DNA of 64,000 nucleotides from a virus, in the IMG/VR virus record IMGVR_UViG_3300037418_004082; one strand, written 5' to 3'. How positions within the stretch are numbered: the stretch's first letter is position 1; each line of letters begins with the position of its first letter. Shown here one piece after another: positions 26,596-36,058 of this stretch. A program made the translations under genes and the position numbers. Below the pieces are notes generated by a model. That model was not told the origin of the DNA. It saw only the letters and a list, made by a program, of their open reading frames with translations, and did no database searches.

Positions 26596-27027
26596 ATGCC
26601 TGGCATTCACGAGCAAGAAGTCAAGAGCCTGGAGACCGCTATGTTCGAGGCGTCGGGGTCCTACCCCAGCACGTTCACGAACATCGGTCCCGCGTTCGTC
26701 GCGCCCTACGACCTCACCGTCGTGAGCGTCGAGGTGATCGTGGAGGCCAACGGGTCGGGCGGTGGCTACAGCGAGTTCGACGTCGTGGCCGGTGCGTCTG
26801 GTAACGCGCCTGCCACGATCCTCTCGACCAAGCCTCGCGTGCCGGGTAACGGCGGCGTGTGGGGTAGGTCGGGCGTGACGGCAAGCAGCGTGGCCGCCGT
26901 AGTGAACGGCACGGGAAACTACGCGAAGGGCACGATCTTCTCGTGCAACATCACGTCGGCTGGCAACCAGCCGCCCACCACTAACCCGGTTTCGGCGACG
27001 GTCGTCATGACCTACAGGAGGCAGTAA
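26596..27027 (+). CDS. Virion beta-sandwich protein
   Basis: GAGGAG SD; beta-rich; in the fibre cluster. Confidence 0.65.
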   Translation: MPGIHEQEVKSLETAMFEASGSYPSTFTNIGPAFVAPYDLTVVSVEVIVEANGSGGGYSEFDVVAGASGNAPATILSTKPRVPGNGGVWGRSGVTASSVAAVVNGTGNYAKGTIFSCNITSAGNQPPTTNPVSATVVMTYRRQ

Positions 27028-27030
27028 GCC

Positions 27031-27534
27031 ATGGGTACGTTCAACACTGGCAGCACCGGGGGCTCTATCTCCGCTGTAGGTTCCGTCCGCGACCTGTTCA
27101 CGGTGGACAAGCACAAGGTCCTCAACCTGACGTCTGGCTCCTACACGGTCCCGGCGGGCAAGACTTTCTACATGATCGCCGCCTACATGGTGACCGCGGC
27201 GGGCGCGGCCCGCATCATGTACACGCCGTCGGGTGGCTCTGCCACGGCCTTGATGGGCAACATCAACGTCAACACCGCCAAGGTGGTCTGCGACACCCTG
27301 CCCATCGTAGGCGGCGCCGCGGGAGTCTACCCGAACGCCTTGTGGTCCTACCCGACCCCGGGCACCATCACCACCAGCGCCGCGCCGGGCCAACTCTCCG
27401 ACCCGGCCGCCTTGCCCGCTTCTACTGCTCTCGTCACGCGCGTCGCGGGTTGGTATATCCACGCGTTCCCCGCCGGCACCGTGATCGCGAACGAGTCCGG
27501 CATGGCCGCCCAGATCCAGGGCTTCGAAGTCTAA
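27031..27534 (+). CDS. Virion beta-rich protein
   Basis: GGAGG SD; YTVPAGKTFYM. Confidence 0.65.
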   Translation: MGTFNTGSTGGSISAVGSVRDLFTVDKHKVLNLTSGSYTVPAGKTFYMIAAYMVTAAGAARIMYTPSGGSATALMGNINVNTAKVVCDTLPIVGGAAGVYPNALWSYPTPGTITTSAAPGQLSDPAALPASTALVTRVAGWYIHAFPAGTVIANESGMAAQIQGFEV

Positions 27535-27548
27535 GGAGGACATCGCAC

Positions 27549-27842
27549 ATGTGGTTTATCATCGACGGGGAGACGCAGATGCGGATGTCGAACGCCAACG
27601 ACGACGTCATCAAGGACGCGCTGGTCGGGCACTACCCCACGGCCACGCTCTACCGCCACGCGTCGGACGCCGACCACGCCGCGGCGCTCGCGCACCTGGA
27701 TGCGGGCACCGTGGAGGACGGCGTCTTCCACTCGGCCAACAACACGGGCAGCGTGAACCTCGCGGTGAACCCGCCGGTGTTCGAGCTGCGTGACGCCGAC
27801 GACACGGTGGTCGCCAGCCAGCCGTTGGAGCTGGTCTCCTAG
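27549..27842 (+). CDS. Hypothetical protein (possible fibre assembly chaperone)
   Basis: AAGGAGG SD; ends the fibre operon. Confidence 0.6.
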   Translation: MWFIIDGETQMRMSNANDDVIKDALVGHYPTATLYRHASDADHAAALAHLDAGTVEDGVFHSANNTGSVNLAVNPPVFELRDADDTVVASQPLELVS

Positions 27843-27859
27843 CAGCCAACCATATTTAT

Positions 27860-27921
27860 CGTCTCCCGGACCCGCGCCTGATAATTCCACCAGGCGCGGG
27901 TCTTTGTCGTGTCGGGAGACG
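27860..27921 (+). promoter_or_regulatory. Double hairpin with GATAATTC in the loop; outer stem pairs the SD of gene 27926
   Basis: GACCCGCGCCTG/CAGGCGCGGGTC (12 bp) and CGTCTCCCG/CGGGAGACG (9 bp). Confidence 0.7.
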
Positions 27922-27925
27922 GTCA

Positions 27926-28450
27926 ATGTTTGCCTGGTTCGTGAAGGGTTTCAATTGGCTCAAGCTGTGCTGGTCCGCCGTGATCAGCGCGTGCTTCCGC
28001 TTGGAGCGCCGCGCGATCGGCCCCTTCGCCTCGCCCGTCGAGGTCTGGCAGTACCTGGAGCGGCACTACACCTACACCGGCGACAAGCTGCTCGGCATGA
28101 ACGTGGACTTCTACATGGACCCGTTCAAGTTCCAGACGGCCATGGAGCTGGGCAAGGCCAAGGACCTGCCGATCGACTGCGACGACGTGGCGAGCTGGGC
28201 GTACCACGCGCTTCTCACGGTGCCGAACTGCAAGCCGCGTGTGATGGTCCTGCATGACGCGCCGCCGTACGACGGGTGCCACTGCATCTGCGTGTTCGAA
28301 CTCGACGGCAAGTACGGCGCGATCGACACGAACGGCTTGTCCACGCTGCCGGACCTCTCGGAAGCGACCATCTGCGCCCACTGGAAAGCGTTGTACGCCG
28401 CTTCCCACTACGAGTACCACACGGCAACGGTGGTCACGTGTCCCTGGTAG
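27926..28450 (+). CDS. Transglutaminase-like cysteine protease
   Basis: Putative triad IDCDDVA / HCICVF / AIDTNG. Confidence 0.7.
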   Translation: MFAWFVKGFNWLKLCWSAVISACFRLERRAIGPFASPVEVWQYLERHYTYTGDKLLGMNVDFYMDPFKFQTAMELGKAKDLPIDCDDVASWAYHALLTVPNCKPRVMVLHDAPPYDGCHCICVFELDGKYGAIDTNGLSTLPDLSEATICAHWKALYAASHYEYHTATVVTCPW

Positions 28451-28470
28451 ACGAGAAGGAGCGCCCGGCC

Positions 28471-28761
28471 ATGGCGAACGAGAAAGAGATTCACGACGCC
28501 CTGACCGCGATGGAGCACCGCAACCAGGAGCGTCACGAGGCCCAGATGGCGATCCTCCAGGGTCGTCACGACGACAACGGCCAGTGGCACCCCGGCATCG
28601 CGCCGCGGCTTGTCGAGCTGGAGAAGTGGAAGCTGCTCAAGGAGCAGCAGGACCTGGAGCACGCCAAGCACCAGCTCACCTGGAAGCACGGCGCGGCCAT
28701 CACGTTCCTGTCGGTGGGCCTCTCCAAGCTCATCGACTTCATCAGCACCCACATGAAGTAA
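28471..28761 (+). CDS. Coiled coil with C-terminal TM (XhlA-like holin candidate)
   Basis: AAGGAG SD; adjacent to amidase; HGAAITFLSVGLSKLIDFI. Confidence 0.55.
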   Translation: MANEKEIHDALTAMEHRNQERHEAQMAILQGRHDDNGQWHPGIAPRLVELEKWKLLKEQQDLEHAKHQLTWKHGAAITFLSVGLSKLIDFISTHMK

Positions 28762-28772
28762 GGAGGCTCGTC

Positions 28773-29432
28773 GTGAGCACCATCACCCCCATCAAAAGCT
28801 TCGACATCTGCAGCGACGGCTTCGGCGAGATCGACCTGCCGGGCTTCGGCACGATCTCGCACTGCAGCGAGAACGACCAGCGTCACGGCGACTTCCTGCC
28901 CGTGAAGGGCACCGTCATGCACTGGACCGCCTCGTCCAACCGCATGCTGACCTTCGACGGCTACCACTTCAACATCGCGGACAACGGCAAGGAAGCCGCC
29001 GTCATCAAGACGCTGGGCGTGAGCGAGAAGGGCAAGCACCTGTGGGGTCGCAACACCCACTTCGCCGGCTTCGCGTACTGCGCGACGGCCGACGACAGCA
29101 AGCCCAACTACGGCCCCGGCGCGCCGACCGTGCGCCAGCGCGTCGCGATGCAGACCGTGGTCGCGGAGTTCTGCGCGTGGCGCCGCGTGGATCCGCGCGT
29201 GATGATCGAGGTCCAGAAGATGGCGTCCAACGCCTCCAGCATCTGGGCCGTGGACGGCACCATCAAGGTGCCCACCGTCGCGTCGCACCAGACGTTCGCC
29301 ATCCCGGACGGCTACGGCCGCGAGCGCTGGGACACCGGCAAGCTGCTGCCGGAGGACGCCAAGGCGATCGTCGCGATCTACCTGGACCTCAAGGCCGGCA
29401 AGCGCCAGTTCATGTTCAAGCACCTCTTCTAA
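28773..29432 (+). CDS. N-acetylmuramoyl-L-alanine amidase (Amidase_2) endolysin
   Basis: VMHWTA, YHFNI, HLWGRN, VASHQ, RWD; AAGGAGG SD. Confidence 0.85.
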   Translation: MSTITPIKSFDICSDGFGEIDLPGFGTISHCSENDQRHGDFLPVKGTVMHWTASSNRMLTFDGYHFNIADNGKEAAVIKTLGVSEKGKHLWGRNTHFAGFAYCATADDSKPNYGPGAPTVRQRVAMQTVVAEFCAWRRVDPRVMIEVQKMASNASSIWAVDGTIKVPTVASHQTFAIPDGYGRERWDTGKLLPEDAKAIVAIYLDLKAGKRQFMFKHLF

Positions 29433-29464
29433 ACCCTGCTCGTCAGGTAGAAAGGACCTCCCCC

Positions 29465-29773
29465 ATGACCCCCACCCTCCAGCAAGCCCTCCAGGTCGCG
29501 CCCCTCGTGCTCGGCCCCATCGCCTCCGCCGGCCTCCAGGCCATCAAGAACTCGCCCGTGCCGCTCAACGCCGGCCAGGTCGCCACGCTGCGCCTGGTGC
29601 TGGCGCTGACGTCGATCGCGTGCGGCGTCGGCCTGGCCTGGCTCGGCGGCTCGCTCGCCACCTTCGACCTCAACGGCGCGGCCACCGCCGCCTGGGACGC
29701 GATCCTGATGTACGCGTCGGCTTCCGCCGCGTACGAGCACGTGGGCAGCGGCGAGAAGCCCGCCCAGCCGTAA
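29465..29773 (+). CDS. Holin candidate (2-3 TM)
   Basis: 102-aa hydrophobic protein directly after the endolysin. Confidence 0.65.
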   Translation: MTPTLQQALQVAPLVLGPIASAGLQAIKNSPVPLNAGQVATLRLVLALTSIACGVGLAWLGGSLATFDLNGAATAAWDAILMYASASAAYEHVGSGEKPAQP

Positions 29774-29797
29774 CTCCAGCCCAGGGAGGCAGCATCC

Positions 29798-32700
29798 ATG
29801 TCCGAACCGACGCCGCACGGCTACAGCTCCGAAGCCGCGCAGAACCAGATGGTCGCCCTCACCGAAGCGCTGCTCGCGCTCGCGGCGGGGGACGGCCTGA
29901 AGGCCACCATCACCAACCCGTTGGTGGTGCACGACCAAGCGACCGTCATCATCAACGATGGCGCGAACGTGGACGGCGTCGATGCGACCATCCGCGGCAC
30001 GGTGGCGCCCAACGCCACCGACGCCACGGTCAAGGAGCTGGCGGTGAACGACCGCGACGTCGTGGCCGCGCTCGCCAGCCTGCTGACTTCCCTGGGCACC
30101 CTCAACACGACGGCCGGCGCGCTCGCCACGGAGGGCAAGCTGTCGGACGTGGAGCTGGCGGTGGGCACCACCATCACGCTCCTGGGCGACGTGATCGACC
30201 TGTTGACCGCCATCGGCACGGGCCAGGCCACCGCCGCCAATCAGACCGCCTTGAACAACGCCGTCGGGGCGGTCAAGACGGCCGTGGACGCCACCACCAC
30301 CGCCATCCAGGCGACGACGACGTCGGTTGGAACGGTAAAGAGCAGCGTAGATGCTGTGAAAACGTCCGCGGATACCATCAACACCTCGGTTCTGGCCGTG
30401 CAGGCGTCCGTGGACGCGGCGACGGCGGCAATCGAGGCCGTGCAGGCTTCGGTGGACACCGCCTCGGCCGGCGTCACGGACGTGAAGGACGCGGTGGACC
30501 TCGCCACGGCGGCGGTGACCGACGTCAAGGCCAGCACCGAACTGGTCAAGACCGCGGTCAACACGACCAAGGCCGCCGTGGACGCGGTGAAGACCTCGGT
30601 CGATGCGGTGAAGACCGCCGTGGATGCCAACGCCACGGCCACGGGCACCGTGAAAACCGCGGTGGACACCGCGAAGGGCGCGATCGACGCCACGACCACC
30701 GCCGTGACCGCGACCAAGGGCTCGGTGGACCAGCTTCACGCGGACCTCACCGGCACGGGCGGCACCAACGCGAAGATCGACGCCGTCAAGACCAGCGCCG
30801 ACGCGACCAAGGCCGCGGTGGACCTCGTCAAGACCGCGACCGACGCCGTCGCCACGGCCGTGAGCCAGGTGAACGGTAGCGTCGTGGCCCTGAACGGCCA
30901 CATCGACGCCGTGGGGACCGCCGTCGCGGGTACGACCGCGGCGGTGAACAGTGTGGGCACCGCGGTGGCCGGCACCACGGCGGCCGTGACCGCGGCCAAG
31001 GGCTCGGTGGACCAGGTCAACACGACCCTGGGTCAGACCAACGCCAAGTTGGACGCGGTGAAGAGCGCCACCGACGCGGTGAACGCGAGCGTCGCGGGTG
31101 TAGAGGACACGCTCACCGACGTCGCGGCGACCGTAGGCAACCTCGACACCACCATGCAGGCCGTCAAGGACAGCATGGATACGGTCGCTGCCAACTCCAG
31201 CGCCGTCAAGGATTCCGTGGATGGTGTCGAGACCCTGATCACCGGTGTGGCGACCGCCGTGGACACCGCGGCGGCGAACATGCTGCTCGTGAAGGATGCC
31301 GTGGACACCGCGGCGGCCGACATCGAAGGCGTCGCGACCGACGTCGAGGCGGCGACCGCCGCCATCAACGCACTGCCCGCTCACCTGGACGCCACCACCA
31401 CGGCCGTGACCGGGGTCAATACGACCCTGGGCACGACCAACTCCAAGGTGGACGCGGTCAAGACCAGCGTGGACACCGTCAACACGACGCTCACGCCGCT
31501 GGGCGGTAAGCTCGACGCCATCAAGACCTCGACGGACACCATCAACACGACGCTCGGCACCACCAATACCAAGGTGGATGCCGTGAAGACCAGCGTGGAC
31601 GCGGTGAACACCACCGCCGGCCAGGTCAAGACCGGCGTGGACCTCTTGCACACCGATCTCACGGGCGCGGCTGGCACGAACGCGAAGATCGACGCGGTCA
31701 AGGCCAGCACCGACCTCGTGAAGGCCAGCACGGACGCGGTGAACACCACCGCCGGCACGATCAAGACCTCGGTGGACCAGGTCAAGACCGCGGCCGACGC
31801 CACCACGACTGCGGTGAGTGGAACCACGACGGCCGTCGGGCAGGTGAAGACCGCGGTGGACGCCACGACCACCGCCGTCGGACTGGTCAAGGGGTCCGTG
31901 GACACGGTGAACACCTCTGTGGGCACCGTCAACACGAGCGTGGGCCAGGTGAAGACGTCGGTGGACGCCGTGAAGGCCGATCTCGACACCACGAACACGA
32001 TCCTGGGCGCGGCCAACAACACGAACCTGCCCGTCAACTACACCGGCGTCTTCGGCGTGCTGAAGAGCATGTGGGACAAGGCCATCAATGGCAGCGCCAA
32101 CGAAGGCTTCAAGGTACTGCTGAACGGCACGCCGATCGACGGCGAGGCCCTGCCGGCCGGCGCGGGCGTGGGCGGCATCGGATGGTTGTCCTACATCCGC
32201 TCGATGTTCGGCAGCACGAGCGTCGTCAACTCCGTCATCTGGCTGCTGCGGTCTATCTACGATCGCCTGGCCGCCAAGCGCTCGGGTATCGTCGAGATCA
32301 ACACGGGCCTCGTGACCACCAACGCGATCGTGGCTTACCAGTACCGCGCGCTCAAGTCGTGGACCGTGCCCAACGGTTTCATCTTCGCGCTGGAGTACCT
32401 GTCGGGCCTATCGAGCGCGGCACCCGTGACGATCCGCGCGTGCGAGGAGCTGGACTTCGGCACGTTTTCCGTGACGGGCGCGCTGGCCGGCACGTTCACC
32501 GACGACCCCAACGGTGCGGCGACGGAGACCTACGAGTGGTGGGGTGACGTATACCTGGAAGTCACGACGCCCATCACGAGCGGCGGCGGCTCGGCGACCG
32601 ACACCTTCCAGATCACCTACAAGGACGATAACAACGCGACCCAGACCGTCAACGTGGTGACCCAGCGCGGTGACGCCACGGGCACGCGCTACGCCGTGCC

Positions 32701-32959
32701 GCTCGTCGGGGTGGGCCTCAAGGACATCACGGCCATCACAAAGACCGCGGGCACCAACGCGGCCGGGGCGTTCAAGGTGTCGGCGTGCCGCGAGCTGGGC
32801 GTGGTGGCGCCGTTCAACGCGGGGTCGGCCATGTGCACGTACCCCGAACGCGCATCGGCCAAGGGCGGGCGCCGCTTCGTTCTGTCGATGACCAACAGCG
32901 GCACCGCGAGCGTGAGCGTGCGCGCGTCGGCGCTGGGCGAGTTGCGGGTGGAGGCTTAA
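29798..32959 (+). CDS. Long heptad-repeat coiled-coil fibre with C-terminal beta domain
   Basis: About 580 aa of V-D-A-V-K-T-(A/S)-type heptads. Confidence 0.8.
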   Translation: MSEPTPHGYSSEAAQNQMVALTEALLALAAGDGLKATITNPLVVHDQATVIINDGANVDGVDATIRGTVAPNATDATVKELAVNDRDVVAALASLLTSLGTLNTTAGALATEGKLSDVELAVGTTITLLGDVIDLLTAIGTGQATAANQTALNNAVGAVKTAVDATTTAIQATTTSVGTVKSSVDAVKTSADTINTSVLAVQASVDAATAAIEAVQASVDTASAGVTDVKDAVDLATAAVTDVKASTELVKTAVNTTKAAVDAVKTSVDAVKTAVDANATATGTVKTAVDTAKGAIDATTTAVTATKGSVDQLHADLTGTGGTNAKIDAVKTSADATKAAVDLVKTATDAVATAVSQVNGSVVALNGHIDAVGTAVAGTTAAVNSVGTAVAGTTAAVTAAKGSVDQVNTTLGQTNAKLDAVKSATDAVNASVAGVEDTLTDVAATVGNLDTTMQAVKDSMDTVAANSSAVKDSVDGVETLITGVATAVDTAAANMLLVKDAVDTAAADIEGVATDVEAATAAINALPAHLDATTTAVTGVNTTLGTTNSKVDAVKTSVDTVNTTLTPLGGKLDAIKTSTDTINTTLGTTNTKVDAVKTSVDAVNTTAGQVKTGVDLLHTDLTGAAGTNAKIDAVKASTDLVKASTDAVNTTAGTIKTSVDQVKTAADATTTAVSGTTTAVGQVKTAVDATTTAVGLVKGSVDTVNTSVGTVNTSVGQVKTSVDAVKADLDTTNTILGAANNTNLPVNYTGVFGVLKSMWDKAINGSANEGFKVLLNGTPIDGEALPAGAGVGGIGWLSYIRSMFGSTSVVNSVIWLLRSIYDRLAAKRSGIVEINTGLVTTNAIVAYQYRALKSWTVPNGFIFALEYLSGLSSAAPVTIRACEELDFGTFSVTGALAGTFTDDPNGAATETYEWWGDVYLEVTTPITSGGGSATDTFQITYKDDNNATQTVNVVTQRGDATGTRYAVPLVGVGLKDITAITKTAGTNAAGAFKVSACRELGVVAPFNAGSAMCTYPERASAKGGRRFVLSMTNSGTASVSVRASALGELRVEA

Positions 32960-32962
32960 GCT

Positions 32963-34405
32963 ATGGACAACATGTACGCCTCGGTGGACTACCCGGGCTT
33001 CGCGCGCTTGCGCGACGAGTACGACGCGGACTTCGCGGAATGTCGCGACGAGCTGGGCATCGAGCTGCGCACGGTCGGCTCGGTGCTCTACGTGCGCACC
33101 CGCATCGACCTGGTCAAGCCCGAAGACGCGGCGCACCTGGCGGACTACGTGAAGCGGCTGCAGAAGTTCGCCAACAAGCCGATCCCGAAGCGCGAGGTGC
33201 GCTTCATCATGCCGGACTTCTCCCAGCCAGAAGACTGGGACTCGCGCACGTGCGGCGACGTGGTGATGTGGCTGCTTGGTGGCGTCGCGATCAACCCGCT
33301 CTCGAACCAGTGGTTCAACCAGGCGGGCTACGCCGCCTTCCAGACTTGGCTTGCGAGCGGTCGTACCGACATGGCGGCGTTCATCGGCATGCTCTCGAAC
33401 ACGATTCCTTACGACTTCTACGACGACGTCAACTACAAGCTGTACGACTCGAACTCGAAGGATACGTCCGGTAACTACACGGGTAACCTCGTGGCCTGGC
33501 TCGATCTCAACCCCGCAAACACCGTGAACGGTGCGCCCGTGTGGAAGAACGCGGCGGGCGAGGTAGTGGTGCATTACGACTCGCGTCGCAAGATCCCGAC
33601 GTTCACGCGTGAAACCAACACGACCGACCTCACCATCTTGAGCCTGACGCACGATGGTACGATCGAACCACTGACGGGCACGAACCCGCTGACGGTGGAT
33701 GTGGGCACCCAAGCCGATACTTACAAGATCGGCTACGCGGGCGTGACGGTGGACAACGTGAACTGGGTGGCTGGTGAGACCGTGTCGATCGACGCGGGCA
33801 GCGCCGGCCGCATCATGGTGCTCCTGTCGGCCACGCGTCCTGGTTACCTGCCCAGCAGCGACAACGTCGTGGTCACGGCCACCCTCAACCCTACGGGTCG
33901 TCGCTGGGTGCGCCAGAACCCCGACACGGGCCTCTGGGACGTGGACGTCACGTCCAGCCGCTACCGCCTGCGGCCTTACGAGGGTTGGAAGCTGCGTGTT
34001 CGTCAAGTCGTGCTGCGCGGCAAGGCCCAGCTCTACTTCAACGGCAAGCTGATGTACCAGGGCGCGGGCTACGCGGAGCCGGACCCCGACTACCCGCCCG
34101 GCGTGAACGGCAACCCACCGGCACCCGGCATCTGGGTGGACCCCACGCAGTCGTTCGTCTACTCCAGCATGAGCGACTTCAAGGCCGGCGTGAACGAGTA
34201 CCAGCCGCCCGATGCCAACGGTTACATGGCGCTGATCTACGACTACTCGAAGACCATGTCGCAGACCATCGACGGCAAGCGGGGTGTGAACGGCGCGCCG
34301 GGGGCGCAGCAGTTCGTGGACATCTACATCGACAACCACCAGCCCATGACCCAAACGGACCTCGCGGAGGCCACGTTTATCTGTGTGAACATCAGGAGTT
34401 TGTAA
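32963..34405 (+). CDS. Hypothetical virion-associated protein
   Basis: Coupled to the fibre gene; beta-rich C-terminal half. Confidence 0.7.
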   Translation: MDNMYASVDYPGFARLRDEYDADFAECRDELGIELRTVGSVLYVRTRIDLVKPEDAAHLADYVKRLQKFANKPIPKREVRFIMPDFSQPEDWDSRTCGDVVMWLLGGVAINPLSNQWFNQAGYAAFQTWLASGRTDMAAFIGMLSNTIPYDFYDDVNYKLYDSNSKDTSGNYTGNLVAWLDLNPANTVNGAPVWKNAAGEVVVHYDSRRKIPTFTRETNTTDLTILSLTHDGTIEPLTGTNPLTVDVGTQADTYKIGYAGVTVDNVNWVAGETVSIDAGSAGRIMVLLSATRPGYLPSSDNVVVTATLNPTGRRWVRQNPDTGLWDVDVTSSRYRLRPYEGWKLRVRQVVLRGKAQLYFNGKLMYQGAGYAEPDPDYPPGVNGNPPAPGIWVDPTQSFVYSSMSDFKAGVNEYQPPDANGYMALIYDYSKTMSQTIDGKRGVNGAPGAQQFVDIYIDNHQPMTQTDLAEATFICVNIRSL

Positions 34406-34929
34406 TGCTGCTTCCCTTGAACGAATACCAGCCCGGCGACGTGCTCGTGCAATCCAAGGGCCAGCCGTGGGTGTTCGCGGCGAACCTCGTGCTGGGCCAC
34501 CCGTATCCGCACGCGGCGATGGTGCACAGCATCGGCTTGATGAGCGTGTACATCCTCCAGAACAGCTACAACGGCATCCACATCGAGCCGTGTCGCAACC
34601 TCGACCAGTTCGAAGTGTGGCGCCCCTTGTGCGATGACGAGACCAAGCGCAAGGCCATCACGTGGATGGAGAAGCACTGCGGCGAGATGTACGGCTACGA
34701 CCGGCTGGCGGAACTGGTGCTCGGCTACCGCGAGGGCTGGTTCGAACGCCCCGGCATGGACGACGACCCGTCGCAGGACGGCCGCCGCAAGGTGTGCTCG
34801 GAGACGATCGCGCTGGCCTACTACCGGGCTGGCTACGACCTGGTGCCCGACGTGGACAACCGCGACACGATGCCGTTCGAGCTGCGCAACCCTGCTCGCT
34901 TGGTCGAGATTCGCCCCTCGGGCGCTTAA
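34405..34929 (+). CDS. Permuted papain-like NlpC/P60 (YiiX/YaeF-type) enzyme
   Basis: PGDVLV..HAAMV (His first) ..YGY..VCSETIALAYYRAG (Cys last). Confidence 0.85.
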   Translation: MLLPLNEYQPGDVLVQSKGQPWVFAANLVLGHPYPHAAMVHSIGLMSVYILQNSYNGIHIEPCRNLDQFEVWRPLCDDETKRKAITWMEKHCGEMYGYDRLAELVLGYREGWFERPGMDDDPSQDGRRKVCSETIALAYYRAGYDLVPDVDNRDTMPFELRNPARLVEIRPSGA

Positions 34930-34939
34930 GGAGGAACGT

Positions 34940-35254
34940 ATGAGCTACATGGGCAAGCGTCTGCGCGTCCTCGACGCCAGCCAGCTCCAGCATCTGCAGT
35001 CGGCCACGCTCGAAGGGTCGCTGCCCGCGGCGGACATCCCCATCGTGTTCGACGAGGTGCCGGTAGGCGCCATCAACGGCATCAACGACACATTCACGCT
35101 GGCGCACACGCCGGTGAGTGGTGTGGAGTTGAAGCTGGATGGCGTGGACCTCGTGCCGGTCGTGCACTACACGCTGTCGGGTAACACCGTCACGTTCGTC
35201 TCGACGTTCATTCCACAGACGGGCGAGAACCTCACGGCCAGCTACGAATACTAA
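34940..35254 (+). CDS. Stand-alone copy of the fibre C-terminal module
   Basis: EVPVGAINGINDTFTLAHTP...VHYTLSGNTVTF...PQTGENLTASY. Confidence 0.75.
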   Translation: MSYMGKRLRVLDASQLQHLQSATLEGSLPAADIPIVFDEVPVGAINGINDTFTLAHTPVSGVELKLDGVDLVPVVHYTLSGNTVTFVSTFIPQTGENLTASYEY

Positions 35255-35263
35255 GAGGGCACC

Positions 35264-35437
35264 ATGCACGACGACCACGAGCTGCTGACGGAAGACGACG
35301 AGACCTATCCGCGTCGAAAGAAGATCAAGACCGACAAGCAGCCCGTGGCCGAACCGGGCACGCGGGCCAAGCAGCCGGTGAAGCGTGAGCCCCGCACGCC
35401 GACCAAGTTCGACTTCACGCGGCGCAAGCCCCGCTAG
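35264..35437 (+). CDS. 57-aa acidic-then-basic peptide (absent from ORF track)
   Basis: AGAGG SD; MHDDHELLTEDDETYPRRKKIK... Confidence 0.55.
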   Translation: MHDDHELLTEDDETYPRRKKIKTDKQPVAEPGTRAKQPVKREPRTPTKFDFTRRKPR

Positions 35438-35459
35438 GGGGTGATCGGCGGGCGAGGAG

Positions 35460-35467
35460 GATAATTT
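35460..35467 (+). promoter_or_regulatory. GATAATTT candidate promoter; ATG at +1
   Basis: ATG starts 12 nt after the G; a GGAGG also overlaps. Confidence 0.55.
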
Positions 35468-35471
35468 AGGT

Positions 35472-36032
35472 ATGTTCGACCATCTGCGCCGCGGCCTCCT
35501 GGCCGTCACTCGCTTGAACCCCTTCTACGCCGACGACGTCGGCGACCGTACCGCTGGCGGCAACAACCACGTCCAGGACTTCCTCGACGCGCGTCGGCAC
35601 TACCGCGGCAACGTGGCCGACCTCACGGCGCGCAACGGCCTTGCCAACAAGGTCGCGGGCGACTGGGTGATGGTGCTGTCGGCCGGCGGCCTGCCGCGCA
35701 TCGACGTGTGGAACGGCACCGCGTGGGTGATGTTGCGCTTCACCGTCGAGCCGACCATCCAGCACACGTTCCCGTACACGTTGACCGCGGCCGATCAGGA
35801 GCTGGTCTGCGCGAGCACGGCGAACGCGAACGCCGACGTCACGCTGCCGGCCAACCCCTACAAGGGCCAGAAGCACACCGTCAAGGACGGCAAGGGCGAC
35901 TCGAACGTGTACCGCGTGCGCGTCTTCCCTTCGGGCATGGACTTGATCGACGGCGAGCCCTACGTGGACCTGTTGAGCGAGTACATGTCGCTCACGTTCA
36001 TGTGGAACGGATTCCAGTGGAACATCCTGTAG
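35472..36032 (+). CDS. Virion protein, short paralogue of 22666
   Basis: LDARRHYRGNVA..GDWVMV; TVKDGKG..DLIDG..SLTFMWNG.QWNIL. Confidence 0.75.
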   Translation: MFDHLRRGLLAVTRLNPFYADDVGDRTAGGNNHVQDFLDARRHYRGNVADLTARNGLANKVAGDWVMVLSAGGLPRIDVWNGTAWVMLRFTVEPTIQHTFPYTLTAADQELVCASTANANADVTLPANPYKGQKHTVKDGKGDSNVYRVRVFPSGMDLIDGEPYVDLLSEYMSLTFMWNGFQWNIL

Positions 36033-36058
36033 CGTTCCTCTGACGTAAGGAGCGCACG

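Noticed and set aside
29798-32000. CRISPR array or DNA tandem repeat
   Set aside because: The repetition is at protein heptad level with synonymous variation; there are no fixed repeat-spacer units and no cas genes.
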